A stretch of DNA of 64,000 nucleotides from Eledone cirrhosa. Lineage: Eukaryota. The notes under the pieces are model-generated. The model had not been told where the DNA came from. It saw only the letters and a program-made list of their open reading frames with translations, and made no database searches. A program made the position numbers and the translations under genes. The stretch spans positions 288,362,001 to 288,426,000 of the forward strand of contig OZ024742.1 in NCBI GenBank assembly GCA_964016885.1, read 5' to 3'. Shown here piece by piece: positions 1 through 15,437 of the stretch (position 1 is its first letter; each line of letters begins with the position of its first letter).

Positions 1-1030
1 TGAAAAACTCGGTACATCTACATATGTACACGTGTGTGTATTCATATGCATACTAGTATTTCAGTATACATATGTGGATGTACATTTTTAACTTAATTGT
101 TTAAGCGTCAGTCATACAAAAGTGAGTTACAAACGAAACGAAATTTAATTTCGTTTCGTTATTTGTTTTTATCGTCTCCGCTGAACCGGTACGTACTCAC
201 GCTCTATGCAAATTAGTCTGCCCACTACTAATTTTCATAGAAAAAGCATATAACGATATGTGCTTTTACGATTCTCTAGAAAGGCCGGAAGATAGGTAAA
301 TATTGCTGATGAGATGTAACAACATCGAAACTAGTCCAATATTCCTTGTCTGGCTTTCTGGAGAATAGAGGAAAGGTGTTTCCTCGAAAACCAGTATGAC
401 TCTATAAACCGGTTTGTCTGTGTGTTTACATACAGAATAGCTGGACACTCACAGTAAAGTGTCCAGTGAAAAACTCGGTACATCTACATATGTACACGTG
501 TGTGTATTCATATGCATACTAGTATTTCAGTATACATATGTGGATGTACATTTTTAACTTAATTGTTTAAGCGTCAGTCATACAAAAGTGAGTTACAAAC
601 GAAACGAAATTTAATTTCGTTTCGTTATTTGTTTTTATCGTCTCCGCTGAACCGGTACGTACTCACGCTCTATGCAAATTAGTCTGCCCACTACTAATTT
701 TCATAGAAAAAGCATATAACGATATGTGCTTTTACGATTCTCTAGAAAGGCCGGAAGATAGGTAAATATTGCTGATGAGATGTAACAACATCGAAACTAG
801 TCCAATATTCCTTGTCTGGCTTTCTGGAGAATAGAGGAAAGGTGTTTCCTCGAAAACCAGTATGACTCTAAAAACCGGTTTGTCTGTGTGTTTACATACA
901 GAATAGCTGGACACTCACAGTAAAGTGTCCAGTGAAAAACTCGGTACATCTACATATGTACACGTGTGTGTATTCATATGCATACTAGTATTTCAGTATA
1001 CATATGTGGATGTACATTTTTAACTTAATT
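1..1030. repeat. Tandem repeat with 466-bp unit (2.2 copies visible, truncated by window start)
   Basis: tgaaaaactcggtacatc recurs at 1, 467 and 933; units nearly identical (ORFs 266..448 and 732..914 differ by one residue). Confidence 0.95.
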
Positions 1031-2488
<1,458 letters not shown>

Positions 2489-2724
2489 GAGATCGTGTAG
2501 GTGTCACGACAAAAAAACACACAGTCCACGCTGTAATGTGGCCATGTAGGCAACACGGTAAAAACCTCCCAGACCCACACTGTAAATGTGGTTGGTGTTA
2601 GGAAGGGCATCCAACTGTAGAAAACCTGCCAGACAGTCCTATGCGAGCAAGACAATCACTCTTGCCTCAAGTGGGACTACCCCCGTCCAAACCCATGCAA
2701 GCGTGGAACACGGACGTTAAACGT

Positions 2725-2753
<29 letters not shown>
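2489..2753 (+). mobile_element. RTE LINE family A, 3' UTR fragment with (GAT)n tail
   Basis: Essentially identical to 8747-9003; flanked by TA arrays on both sides. Confidence 0.9.
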
Positions 2754-3268
<515 letters not shown>

Positions 3269-3272
<4 letters not shown>

Positions 3273-5708
3273 TGGAACAGTAAGGTGGAGGGGTCAATTA
3301 AGGCCAAAAAGCAGGCTTGGAAAGTATGGCGGGATGGGGGAAGTAGAGAAGACTATCAAGTGGCCAGGAGGGAAGCTAGGAGACAAGTGTACTTAGCAAG
3401 AAGGGAAGCTGAGGAAAGAAAGTTCAAGCATGTTCTACAACGCGATGACCAAAAACGTGAGGTGTTCAGGATTGCTAGGCAATGCGTCAAGGAAAACCGT
3501 GATATTGTCGGGGAGAAGTGTGTACTAAACGACGATGGCACACTTGCCATCACCGACGCTGATAAGAAGGTAGCTTGGAAGTGTCACTATGAAAGGCTAC
3601 TAAATGAGGAGAATAAATGGGAGAAAGACAGTCTCCCCCATATCGACCCAATAGAGGGACCAGCAGTGTTAGTCGAGGGGAGTATAATAAGTAAGGCAAT
3701 CAAGGATATGAAGACGGGTAAGGCGGCTGGGCCTTCGGAAATAGTTGCTGAGATGCTGAAGGCATCTGGCACGGTGGGACACACCATGGTCACCCGCAGA
3801 GTTAACCAAGTCGTACAGAATGGGGTTGTTCCGAAGGACTGGCATAGCAGCATCATCGTTAACTGTTATAAGGGTAAAGGAGACGCCCTAGATAGGAGTA
3901 ACTATAGAGGCATTAAATTAATCGACCAGGTCATGAAGGTCACGGAAAAAGTAATAGCGCAACTAATCAGAGAGAGAATTGACCTAGATGAAATGCAGTT
4001 CGGGTTTGTGTCAGGCAAAAGTACCACAGACGCTCTTTTCATAGTACGACAACTACAGGAGAAGTACCTAGCTAAAGGTAAACCCCTCTACTTAGCTTTT
4101 GTCGACTTGGAGAAAGCCTTCGACAGAGTCCCCCGCTCCATTATCTGGTGGGCTCTTAGAAAACTAGGCGTTGACGAATGGCTTGTGAGGGCTATACAAG
4201 CCATGTATAAAGAAACAGTCAGCAAGGTTAGAATTAACAACGAATATAGTGAAGAGTTTAGCGTAAAAGTTGGCGTCCATCTGGGCTCTGTTCTCAGCCC
4301 CCTACTATTTATTATTGCCCTTCAGGCTATAACAGAGGAGTTCAAGACAGGCTGCCCATGGGAACTCCTATACGCAGACGACCTGACACTCATAGCGGAA
4401 TCAATGGCCGAGCTAGAGAAGAAATTCCAAACATGGAAGCACGGCCTAGAGTCAAAAGGACTTAAAATTAACCTGGCTAAGACCAAAGTTCTAGTTTGTA
4501 GGAAAGAAAACAAGGCGGCGATCCCTTCTGGGAAATGGTCGTGCTCGGTGTGTAGGAAAGGCGTAGGTAGAAACTCCATTTTATGTCCTAAATGCAAAGT
4601 ATGGGTGCATAAAAGATGTAGTGGGATCACAGGTAAGCTAACTAAGAACATAGATTTTACATGTGGCTGGTGCTCTGGTGCAATAAGTAGCAGCAAGTGC
4701 CCACAGAATACTAACTCATTCCATTGCACAGATGGTTCTATAGAAATAGTGGACACCTTCCGTTACCTGGGTGACAAAATCAGCAGTGGGGGAGGGTGCT
4801 CTGAAAGTACAGTAGCTAGAGTCAGAACGGGATGGAAAAAGTTCAGAGAGCTTATACCACTATTGGCCGCTTAAGGGTTCTCTTTAAAAATGAAAGGCAG
4901 GCTGTATGATGCCTGCATACGAACAGCAATGTTACATGGCAGTGAGACCTGGGCATTGTGTGCAGAGGATATACGCAGAATGGAGAGAAACGAAGCTTGC
5001 ATGCTCCGCTGGATGTTTAATAGTAATATACGTGAACGGCAAAGCATAAACGAACTAAGTGAGAAATTAGGAATAAGAGGGATCAGATGTTGTTTACTCG
5101 AGAGAAGACTACGTTGGTACGGTCACGTGATGCGCATGAAAGACGACAGCTGTATAAAAAGTGCAGGGCAATAAAAATAGACGGTAGCCACGGAGTAGGC
5201 AGACCCAAAAAAACCTGGGACGACTTGATAAATTCCGACCTCACACACTTACACCTCTCTAAGACAATGTCACTGGACCGAGATCTTTGGCGCTACACAG
5301 ATATACAGAAGACCCGCCTTGCCTAAGTACAAAGCAAAACCTACAGTCAGTAGGCACCTCTAACAAAATACCCCTCTCCTCCGTCCCACTACACCCACCC
5401 CATCCACCCCCCACCCCCCTTAAATGTGAAGTTATGTTGGTACCACAACATCTAGTCCGAAACAAATGAGGTCGTGTAGGTGTCACGACAAAAAAACACA
5501 CAGTCCACGCTGTAATGTGGCCATGTAGGTAACACGGTAAAAACCTCCCAGTCCACACTGTAAACGTGGTTGGTGTTATGAAGGGCATCCAGCCGTAGAA
5601 AACCCGCCAGACAGTCCTATCCGAGCAGAACAAATCTTGCCTCAAGTGGGAAAACTCCCGTCCAAACCCATGCAAGCGTGGAAGATGAACGTTAAACGAT
5701 GTTGATGA

Positions 5709-5710
<2 letters not shown>
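3269..5710 (+). mobile_element. RTE-clade LINE family A, 5'-truncated: RT, PHD-like finger, C-terminus, 3' UTR and (GAT)n tail
   Basis: RT motifs [23 protein letters not shown] and LLYADD; CSVC..CPKC..WVHKRC..CGWC finger; stop at 4872 and a frameshift near 5160; RTE-type C-terminus (MLHGSETW, RLRWYGHV, GRPKKTW). Confidence 0.95.
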
Positions 5711-5746
<36 letters not shown>

Positions 5747-5747
<1 letters not shown>

Positions 5748-6110
5748 GTGACCTCTGGCGTCACGCAGTAATACAGAAGACCTGACTTCCCACAGGAACA
5801 AGCTGAAGCATATAGGCAATATACCCCCCATCCCTTCCCACTGCAAATTATTGATCGTGGAGGTGTCACGACAAAAAAGCACCCAGACAACATTGTAAAG
5901 TGGACGTGTAAGCGCCACGGAAAAAAAACACCCAGAACTCACTGTAAATGAGGTTGGTGTTTGGAAGGGCATCCAGCTGTAGAAATCAAACCAAAATCAG
6001 TTCCCGTATGAGCAAGACAAGGTCAGCCGACTTAACATTGCTCACAACAGGACAACTTCTCTAATCCATGCTAGCGTGGAAGAATCGATGTAAAACGGTG
6101 ATGATGATGA
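5747..6110 (+). mobile_element. SINE/LINE 3' tail sharing the RTE-A 3' end
   Basis: cactgtaaatgaggttggtgtttggaagggcatccagctgtagaaa followed by (GAT)n; similar to 26050-26222. Confidence 0.7.
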
Positions 6111-6480
6111 TATATATATCTATATATATATATCACAAAACAAAGGAGAGACACAAAGTATCAACAAAAGTAGTCACTGCAGAGGTCACATAATGTGTAA
6201 TGAAAGAGCCTTAGCAATCAAATCATCAACTAAACAACCATCTAGTTATTAAACTAACCAACTGGGAAATTATAATAGTAAATTGAAGTGAAACCCAACA
6301 TGTGCATGCATTTTCTATTTTCTATCTCCCAAAGTATAACAATATCTGTTTCAACACGTTTTCAGATGAAAAAAATCTTGCAATACTAAAACGAAATATA
6401 TATAGATAAACCACATATACACACATACATGCATAAGATTACACATCTATTATTTACCCACCCTTATATATGTATCATAA

Positions 6481-7166
6481 TCTATAAAGCTCAGTGTGTG
6501 GTCATGCTCCTTTCTTATAGAAATCTACGATATAGAATTTCTTCAATTGAAATTTACAATTCACTATTCGAAATAGCATCGATTGCGTCTTGGCACATCT
6601 AATTTTTTCAATTTCACCCACAATTACGCAAAAAATAGATAAAACACAATATTTTATGATTTTCCTCTGTCATTTAAACTGCTAAACTCTTTCCACTACC
6701 ATTCAAAATCTATACAACTTCATACTTTCTGCTACTTTCTCTTTCCATATCACACCACTCCCTACTGTCTTAAATTTAGAAAACACATATCCTCTATGAG
6801 GTCATTAAACCTGCTAGAAACAACAGCTAACTCTCCCTCATATCACAACCCTCCTTACTGTCTTAAATTTAGAAAACACACAGACAACCATGCAGAACAA
6901 CTCCATCGCAGCTCTGTTGTTCAGCTGGCATCGTCTACGCGCGTGTTGCACAAGTACTGTGAAACAATAAATTTCAACACTTTTTTGCACAGAGATAATA
7001 TCCATAGGCGAAACTACAATTGTCACTGCTGGTGCAGCTCCTGCTTCCAGGTCTGCAATTCATTCACCCAGTGCCTGGCAGACAAAAAAGTGCTGCCATA
7101 AAATGGGTGGTGCAACCTAACTTTGGTAACTTAATGACCCCGAGCAATGCGGGGCTTTAATGCTAC
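6481..7166 (+). mobile_element. Non-autonomous Helitron-like element
   Basis: A|TC start (tctataaagc); subterminal hairpin ccccgagcaatgcgggg about 8 nt before a CTAC (degenerate CTAG) terminus followed by T; no TSD. Confidence 0.6.
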
Positions 7167-7279
7167 TATATATATAAACGTATTGCCTTCTCCTCCATTT
7201 ATTCTGTTTACATATATTTATATATTTATATATATATACACATATACACACATATATATATACCCATCCATATATATAT

Positions 7280-7900
7280 AGAATAGAATGAAACGAAATT
7301 TCATTTCTCACTCTTAGTACAGCAGTTACTTAAATGTAAGTATGTATGTATACGTACATACATATATGTATACAGACGTACAGTAGTATGTATATATATA
7401 CATACATGCACACATATATATATGCACATATCAGTTTACCAAACATCTATTATAATGCCGTACAGTGTTTAAGCAACCACGTCACCTTTTTGTTCAACAC
7501 TGACACAGGAACGATCTACTAGTTTCAAGCTTATTAGCTATCATCAGCATCGTATACCTTCCTACCAGATGTTTGAATGTCTGAAAGTATATACTTTCCT
7601 TATGCATATTAACGACTGAGCAGCTGGGCGCACCGAAAACCATAAATGGAATAGAATGAAACAAAATTTCATTTCTCACTCTTAGTATGGCAGTTACTTA
7701 AATGTAAGTATGTATATATGTATACGTACATACATATATGTATACAGACGTACAGTAGTATGTATATATATACATACATTCATAAATATATATATATGCA
7801 CGTATCGGTTTACCGAACATTTATTATAATGCTCGGTTTGTTTGTTTGTAAACAAATAAACAGCCCGAATTACGCCATACAGTGTTTAGGTAAACCGATA
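7280..7900. repeat. Direct duplication, two diverged copies about 370 bp apart
   Basis: gaatagaatgaaac(g/a)aaatttcatttctcactcttagta...cagttacttaaatgtaag at about 7281 and 7649. Confidence 0.8.
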
Positions 7901-7993
7901 CGTGCATATATATATGCGTGCATGTATGTATATATATACATACTACTGTATGTCTGTATACATATATGTATGCACGTATACATACATACTTAC

Positions 7994-8028
<35 letters not shown>

Positions 8029-8234
8029 CAGCCTTATATATATATATAAAAGGCTGGGTAATTAATATATGCATATGTGTAATCTTATGCATATCTGTGT
8101 GTATATGTGGTGTATCTATACTGGGTGTCAGCAACAGGTGGGCCACTGAGATGTAAGCTGTGAGCCTTAGACTTTCTCAAATGTTTATAAAACATGATAT
8201 ACTATTCATGTGGGCCATGAGCAAAATTATATAT

Positions 8235-9003
8235 GCAATGTTGCATGGTAGTGAGACCTGGGCATTGTGTGCAGAGGATATACGCAGACTAGAGAGGAAC
8301 GAAGCTTGCATGCTCCGCTGGATGTGTAACAGTAATATACGTGAACGGCAAAGCATAAACGAACTAAGGAAAAAATTAGAGATAAGAGGGATCAGATGTT
8401 GTTTACTCGAGAGAAGGCTGCGTTGGTATGGACACGTGATGCGCATGAAAGTCGATAGCTGTATTACAAAGTGCAGGGCAATAAAGATAGACGGTAGCCA
8501 CGGAATAGGCAGACCTAGAAAAACATGGGATGAGCTGATAAACTCCAACCTCATACACTTACACCTCTCCAAGACAATGTCACTGGACCGTGACCTTTGG
8601 CGGTACTCAGTAACAGAGAAGACCCGCCTTGCCAGTAGGCATCTCTAACAAACTACACCCCGTCCCGCCACCACCCCCACCCCATCCACACCACCCCGTT
8701 CCATGTAAAGTTATGTTGGTGCCGCGCCATCCAGGCCGAAACAAACGAGATCGTGTAGGTGTCACGACAAAAAAACACACAGTCCACGCTGTAATGTGGC
8801 CGTGTAGGCAACACGGTAAAAACCTCCCAGACCCACACTGTAAATGTGGTTGGTGTTAGGAAGGGCATCCAACTGTAGAAAACCTGCCAGACAGTCCTAT
8901 GCGAGCAAGACAATCACTCTTGCCTCAAGTGGGACTACCCCCGTCCAAACCCATGCAAGCGTGGAACACGGACGTTAAACGTTGATGATGATGATGATGA
9001 TGA
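8235..9003 (+). mobile_element. RTE LINE family A, 3' fragment
   Basis: ORF 8160..8648 (MLHGSETW...GRPRKTW), 3' UTR and (GAT)n tail. Confidence 0.93.
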
Positions 9004-9645
9004 TAAGAGGGATCAGATGTTGTTTACTCGAGAGAAGGCTACGTTGGTATGGTCACGTGATGCGCATGAAAGACGATAGCTGTATAACAAAGTGCAGGGC
9101 AATAAAGATAGACAGTAGCCACGGAATAGGCAGACCCAGAAAAACCTGGGACGAGCTGATAAATTCCGACCTCACACACTTACACCTCTCCAAGACAATG
9201 TCACTGGACCGAGACCTTTGGTGGTACTCAGTAATAGAGAAGACCCGCCTTACCTAAATACAAAGTAAAACCTACTAGAGTCAGTAGGCATCTCTAACAA
9301 AATACACCCCCGTCCCACCACCCCCACCCCATCCACACCGCCCCTTTCAATGTAAAGTTATGTAGGTGCCACAACATCCAGGCTGAAACAAATGAGATCG
9401 TGTAGGTGTCACGACAAAAAAACACACAGTTCACGCTGTAATGTGGCCGTGTAGGCAACACGGTAAAAACCTCCCAGCCCCACACTGTAAATGTGGTTGG
9501 TGTTAGGAAGGGCATCCAGCTGTAGAAAACCCGCCAGATAGTCCTATGCGAGCAAGATAATCACTCTTGCCTCAAGTGGGAAAACCCCCGTCCAAACCCA
9601 TGCAAGCGTGGAACACGGACGTTAAACGTTGATGATGATGATGAT
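9004..9645 (+). mobile_element. RTE LINE family A, 3' fragment joined head-to-tail to the previous copy
   Basis: ORF 8982..9257 (IRGIRCC...), 3' UTR and (GAT)n tail. Confidence 0.93.
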
Positions 9646-10078
9646 ACATATCATCATCATTTTGATGATGATGATATGTATATTTATATAATTTTGTGTG
9701 TGTGTATGTACATATATGTTATACATACATACATATTTATACATGCATACACACACACACACACACACATATATATAACATATCTCTTGCGATCAACTGA
9801 TAAGATGGGACTGGCTGTATTTGTTCATTTTCCTGTCTTCGTCCATGTATATTTTTTTATTATTACATATTTATATACATACATATATATTTAGATAATG
9901 TGTATATGAGACAAGGAATTGGCAATGTTGTTAGGGGTGTTGTTAGGGTTTTAAAAATGCCTCACCATTCTGAGTTCAAAGCCTCTACTGAAGTCAACTT
10001 GCCGTTCATCATTTCTAGGTCAATAAATTCAGTACTTGTCCAGTTCAGTTCAGTCCAATACTGGGGTTGATTATTCCA

Positions 10079-10242
10079 GGGTCGGACGCCATGCTTTCCA
10101 GCATAGTTACGTCCCTTTATGATCTGAGTTCAAATCCCGCCGAGGTTGACTTTGCCTTTCATCCTTACAGGGTCGATAAAATAAAGTACCAGTAATGCAC
10201 TGGGTAATTGCTGGCCTTGTGCCTAAAGTAGAAACAATTATT
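10079..10242 (+). mobile_element. tRNA-derived SINE with Meta-like central domain
   Basis: B-box gagttcaaatcccg followed by gcctttcatccttacagggtcgataaaataaagtaccag; several other copies in the window. Confidence 0.8.
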
Positions 10243-10651
10243 CCTTTGTATTTCTTTCTCTCTTTGGAAGAAATCAGCTTCGTTCTAATCTGGAGAGGGA
10301 TGGACTCCACTATGTTTAAAATGTCCATGACATGCCATGTGTAAGAATAGTGTTCCTATGGCTCCTTCAAGAGTAAAGGGTCTTTTATCTATATATCAAG
10401 GATCTTTTATCTATATATCAAGGAAATCAGATGTTAATTAAATGATAATGATCATGATCATGTAGATATATGTGTGTATATTGATAGATATAGATATGTT
10501 TATATCGTTGTCATTTTATGTCTACTTTCTATGCTTGCATGGGCTGGGCGGGTTGTCATGATCTGAGTTTAGACAGGTCAGGGGGACCATGTCTTGTTAA
10601 TATGTTTCACTTTTCCATTTTTAGCAAATATTTATATATCCATATATATGT

Positions 10652-10723
<72 letters not shown>

Positions 10724-11942
10724 GCGCGCGTATATATATGTATGTTTTAAGTTATTTATATGTGAACTTACCTGTTCTAGTTTTCCCCTACAGCAGGCCA
10801 GCTTTTTCTTCTGTCTTATGAGTATGTGTCAGTGTATACATATATATACATATAGCTGTGTGTGTATGTATATATATGTGTGTATGTCTTGAAAGTACAT
10901 TAGCTAACTGGTGTGGTACACAAAACATTCTTTCCAGACTGTCTCCTCACACTATCTCTTTCTTTTCTCTCATTTATTCTCCCTCCCCCTCTCTTTCTCT
11001 CTCTCCCCCTTCATCACTCATTATAACTGCACTATATCAGTCATTCACTGTCTCTCTCTCCTTCTCTCATTCCCTCACACCCTTCCTTATTAGAACTACA
11101 TTACACTATTGTCCTGTGTTGTAGCAAATAGCTTGTGGTTTTGGTGGTGGTTGTGGTAGCAGGTTTGTTGGGAGTGCTACTGCTGGTTGTGGTGGTGATA
11201 GTGAGTATTAGTGGGAGCTGAAGTCAATAAGAAAAAAATCACCGCCAGAAAGCACCTGTCTGTCCTATGTCCAGCCCATCCATTGCTGCTTTTTCAAAGC
11301 TTCCAGAAGAGTCAAAAAATCACCACAAGGCAGCCCATTATTTCATCCATCTCTGGCTTTTTCAGGCTACCAGCAGGGATAAATAATCACCACAAGGCAC
11401 ACACCACTTTGCCTCTTAGTCCCTCCCATTCATCACTGACATCTTCGGGTCACCTGTGTGACAAACAAGCAGCGCAAGACACCTCATGATCCCATCCACT
11501 ACTGGTTTCCTGAGGACACCAGAGGGACAAGTAATTGCCACAACGGTCACTATAGACCCCTCCATATTAGGCTTCTTAAGGCCATCAGTCCCATTACTGG
11601 CTTCTTGAAGCCACTAGGAGGGACTCACAAACAATCGCCAGCAGACACCCATCTCGTAGAAGATGTCTGCCCCACAGGTTTGCCTGGCTAAGTCTGAGGA
11701 ATCAGAGAAAAATGCTATAAGGGATGTAACAAAATGTGCAGCTGCCTCTAAGGAGTTTACCCCAAAGTAAGTATATGTATATATATATATGTACACACAG
11801 ACACATAGACATACAGATGTACACATATACATATATATGTACATGTGTGTGTGCCTCTCTCTCTTTCCCTCTCTTTCTCAATAGATATTATTGTTGTTTG
11901 TCCAACCATAGTAGCAGGGGATAGTGAATGTTAAATGATACA

Positions 11943-11984
<42 letters not shown>

Positions 11985-12399
11985 CACACATACATATACA
12001 TACACATACACACACATATACATCATTATCATCATTTTCATAATTTTACATCCGTTTTCCAGGTATATATATATATGTATGTTGTGTGTGTGTGTGTTTA
12101 AAATAGGTACACAATATCCCAGCAAGTAATAAGAGGTGACTAACAGTGTTGGCACCAGGAAGAGCATCCAACCATAAACCATTGTTTTAAAAAGGTCCTT
12201 TTTGAAACAATGGTTTATAATAATAATAATAATTATCATTATTATTATTATTATTATTATTATAAACCATTGTTTCAAAAAGGTCCTCATGATTGTCATG
12301 AAGCCATGAAGCTTATCACTGGGCCTTTAATGTCCATTTTTCCATGATTGCATGTGTTAGATAGGTTCTCACATTATGAAACAAGTCAGTTCAGGTGAC

Positions 12400-12790
12400 C
12401 ACATGCTGCTCATACGAATCTGTATTTTGGCTTGGTTTCAACTGTTTTATGCCCTTCCTAACCAACTATGTTACAGTGTGGACTGGCTGCTTTTCTCGTG
12501 GCACTAAAATGACCATCAAACAAGTTGGACAGGGTTTTTTTTCTTATGTCAACAATTATACAGGGTGGACTGGGAACCTCTTTTGTCACTAGCACAATCA
12601 CCTTACAGGGTGGACTGGGTGCTTTTTCATCATGTCATCAGCACAACCACCTTACAGTGTGGACTAGATGCTTTTTCTTGTGTCACCAACACAACCACCT
12701 TACAGGATGGGTTGGAAACCTCTTGTGTCACCAGTACAATTACCTTACAGAATAGACTGGGTGTTTTGTTGTGACACCATATCACCATGT
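12400..12790 (-). repeat. About 47-bp degenerate minisatellite derived from the RTE/SINE 3' tail
   Basis: About 7-8 units of caaccaccttacagtgtggactgggtgctttttcttgtgtcaccagca. Confidence 0.75.
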
Positions 12791-13069
12791 ATACATACAT
12801 ATGTATATATATGTATCTATGAATATATCTGTATATGTATATATTGATTATAAGCACAGATTAAAAGTTTTTTTGCATTCACCCTAAAGCGGGTTCTTCT
12901 GAAACTGAGATATATAATCTGTGGACACAGGTGTATATATATATATATATATAATAACTAACAAAAGTTATCGCTCTACATGGCTGAATACAATAAATGT
13001 AATCTGAATTTTTCGAATATTAATAATAATATTCGATTCGTTTGCAATTATGCAAACAGCCTCTTTTAA

Positions 13070-13112
<43 letters not shown>

Positions 13113-13185
13113 GGTGTTGGATGCTTAAAGTGTCCGTATGCGGTAGGCTGTATGAGAACTCGATGCCCTCATAGAGCAGAGTATG

Positions 13186-13505
13186 ATATCACAGAAAAAA
13201 GAGAATCAGTGTTGCGACGAAAGGAATTTATTGAACATATTACAATTGTTTCTCGGGCGACCAGCTCGAGGCACGATCGATGTGGTGATCAAACCTGACT
13301 CTGAAATCGCGCGGTCCTCGGATACGTCTCGATTCTAGGAAAATCTGCTTTGTAGAATCGAGACGTATCAGAGGACCACGCGATTTCAGAGTCAGGTTTG
13401 ATCACCACATCGATCGTGCCTCGAGCTGGTCGCCCGAGAAACAATTGTAATATGTCCAATAAATTCCTTTCGTCACAACACTGGTTCTCTTTTTTCTGTG
13501 ATATA
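13186..13505. repeat. Long near-perfect inverted repeat (about 150-bp arms, about 14-nt spacer), probable Penelope-like element end
   Basis: atatcacagaaaaaagagaa...gattcta / tagaatc...ttctcttttttctgtgatat, ending in a TA-rich run. Confidence 0.9.
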
Positions 13506-13620
13506 TATACATATATATGCACACACACACAGTGATTTCCAAAGGTTAACTGAGGAGATGGGATTGTCCATCTTTCTGTTGTTTTTCCATTGTCTTTGTC
13601 CTGTGTGGCCCCTATTTTGA

Positions 13621-13667
<47 letters not shown>

Positions 13668-14454
13668 TATATGTGTGTGCACGGGATTATGGCCCATACT
13701 AACTCTAACCTTGTCTATATATATATATATATATATATGTGTGTATGTATGTATGTATGTATGTATGTATGTATGTATATACATACATATACACACACAC
13801 ACACACACTCACTTGTATACACAGAGTTTTCTTACTTTGTTCGTGACTTTCACACACTTGTTTCTTACTGCGGAATTTTTCTTTTCCATTCAGCCATATA
13901 ATATACACACCCACACCCACAAACATATACATATACTTATAGATACACACACATATGTGTGTATGTATATTTACTACTTCTATGTATATGTCTGTATTTA
14001 TATGTGTGTCTGTTTATATATATATGTATATATATCTATATACTAGTACAACTCTGTGATTGTGTTCTTGTCTGTAATGTAATACAGCCAAAATAGCACA
14101 TAATGGGAAAATACTTTTAAGGGAAGTTGCGTCTGAAATGGGACCTGCATCAGTTGTTAGCTACTGGGACACTGCATCCTTTAAAACCTCCATGCTTCCT
14201 GAAATTCACCAACACTACACCTGATATGCCCCCTCCATACACACACACTCATGTATATCATGACTTATACACTGTTCACTTTCATGAGATTTGTATATTA
14301 TTTTATGTACTATACATGCACCTTTGATAATTCATTATTATTATTATTTTAAAACAAGTTTCGCATAAAACGGAGCCTGGGTTCCTGAGATACAGGGTTT
14401 TTCCAGGTACCTTCATAAATAGCCAACAGCTCCATGACAACCAATAACTCTCTC

Positions 14455-14646
14455 AATATATATTATAGCCCACTCTCTTTCTATATATTATAACCCTTTT
14501 TCTCTATATATTATAACGCCCTCTCTTTTTCTCTATATATTATAACGCCCTCTCTTTCTATATATATATATTATAACCCTCTCTCTCTATATATATCATA
14601 ACCCTCTCTCTATATATAAATCATAACCCCTCTCTCTCTATATATA
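14455..14646. repeat. About 25-bp minisatellite (tatatattataaccctctctctc)
   Basis: About 7 degenerate units. Confidence 0.8.
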
Positions 14647-14647
14647 T

Positions 14648-15437
14648 CATCATCATCATCATCGTTTAACGTCCATCTTCCATGCTTGCATGGGTTTGGA
14701 CGAGAGTTTTCCCACTTGAGGCAAGATTTGTTATCCTGCTCGTATAGGACTGTCTGGCGGGTTTTCTATGGCTGGATGCCCTTCCTAACACCAACCACGT
14801 TTACAGTGCGGACTGGGAGGTTTTTACTGTGTTACCTACATAGCCACATTACAGCGTGGACTGTGTGTTTTTTTGTCGTGACACCTACACGTCTGGCGGG
14901 TTTTCTACGGCTGGGTGCCCTTCCCAACACCAACCACGTTTACAGTGTGGACTGGGAGGTTTTTACCGTGTTACCTACACGGCCACATTACAGCGTGGAC
15001 TGTGTTTTTTTGTCGTGACACCTACACGACCTCATTTGTTTCAGACTGGATGTTGTGGTACCAACATAACTTTACATTTAAGGGGGTGGTGTGGATGGGT
15101 TGGGGGTAGTGGGACGGGGGTGTATTTTGTTAGAGGTGCCTACTGACTGTAGGTTTCGCTTTGTACTTAGACAAGGCAGGTCTTCTGTATAACTGTGTAG
15201 CGCCAAAGATCTCGGTCCAGTGACATTGTCTTGGAGAGATGTAAGTGTGTGAGGTCGGAATTTATCAAGTCGTCCCAGGTTTTTCTGGGTCTGCCTACTC
15301 CGTGGCTACTGTCTATTTTTATCGCCCTGCACTTTTTTATACAGCTGTCATCTTTCATGCGCATCACGTGACCGTACCAACGTAGTCTTCTCTCGAGTAA
15401 ACAACATCTGATCCCTCTTATTCCTAATTTCTCCTTT
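14648..15437 (-). mobile_element. RTE LINE family A, 3' fragment with internal 140-bp tandem duplication in the 3' UTR
   Basis: (ATC)n tail at the left end; ORF 15167..15490; gtctggcgggttttct at about 14752 and 14891. Confidence 0.92.

Noticed and set aside
10271-10340. Candidate upstream TTC39 exon (MDSTMFKMSMTCH|gtaag, phase 2)
   Set aside because: Phase fits but there is no homology support and it lies 34 kb upstream; needs transcript evidence.
11200-11765. GC-balanced segment that might be the 3' end of an old non-LTR element or an exon
   Set aside because: No convincing motif or splice-consistent frame; left unassigned.
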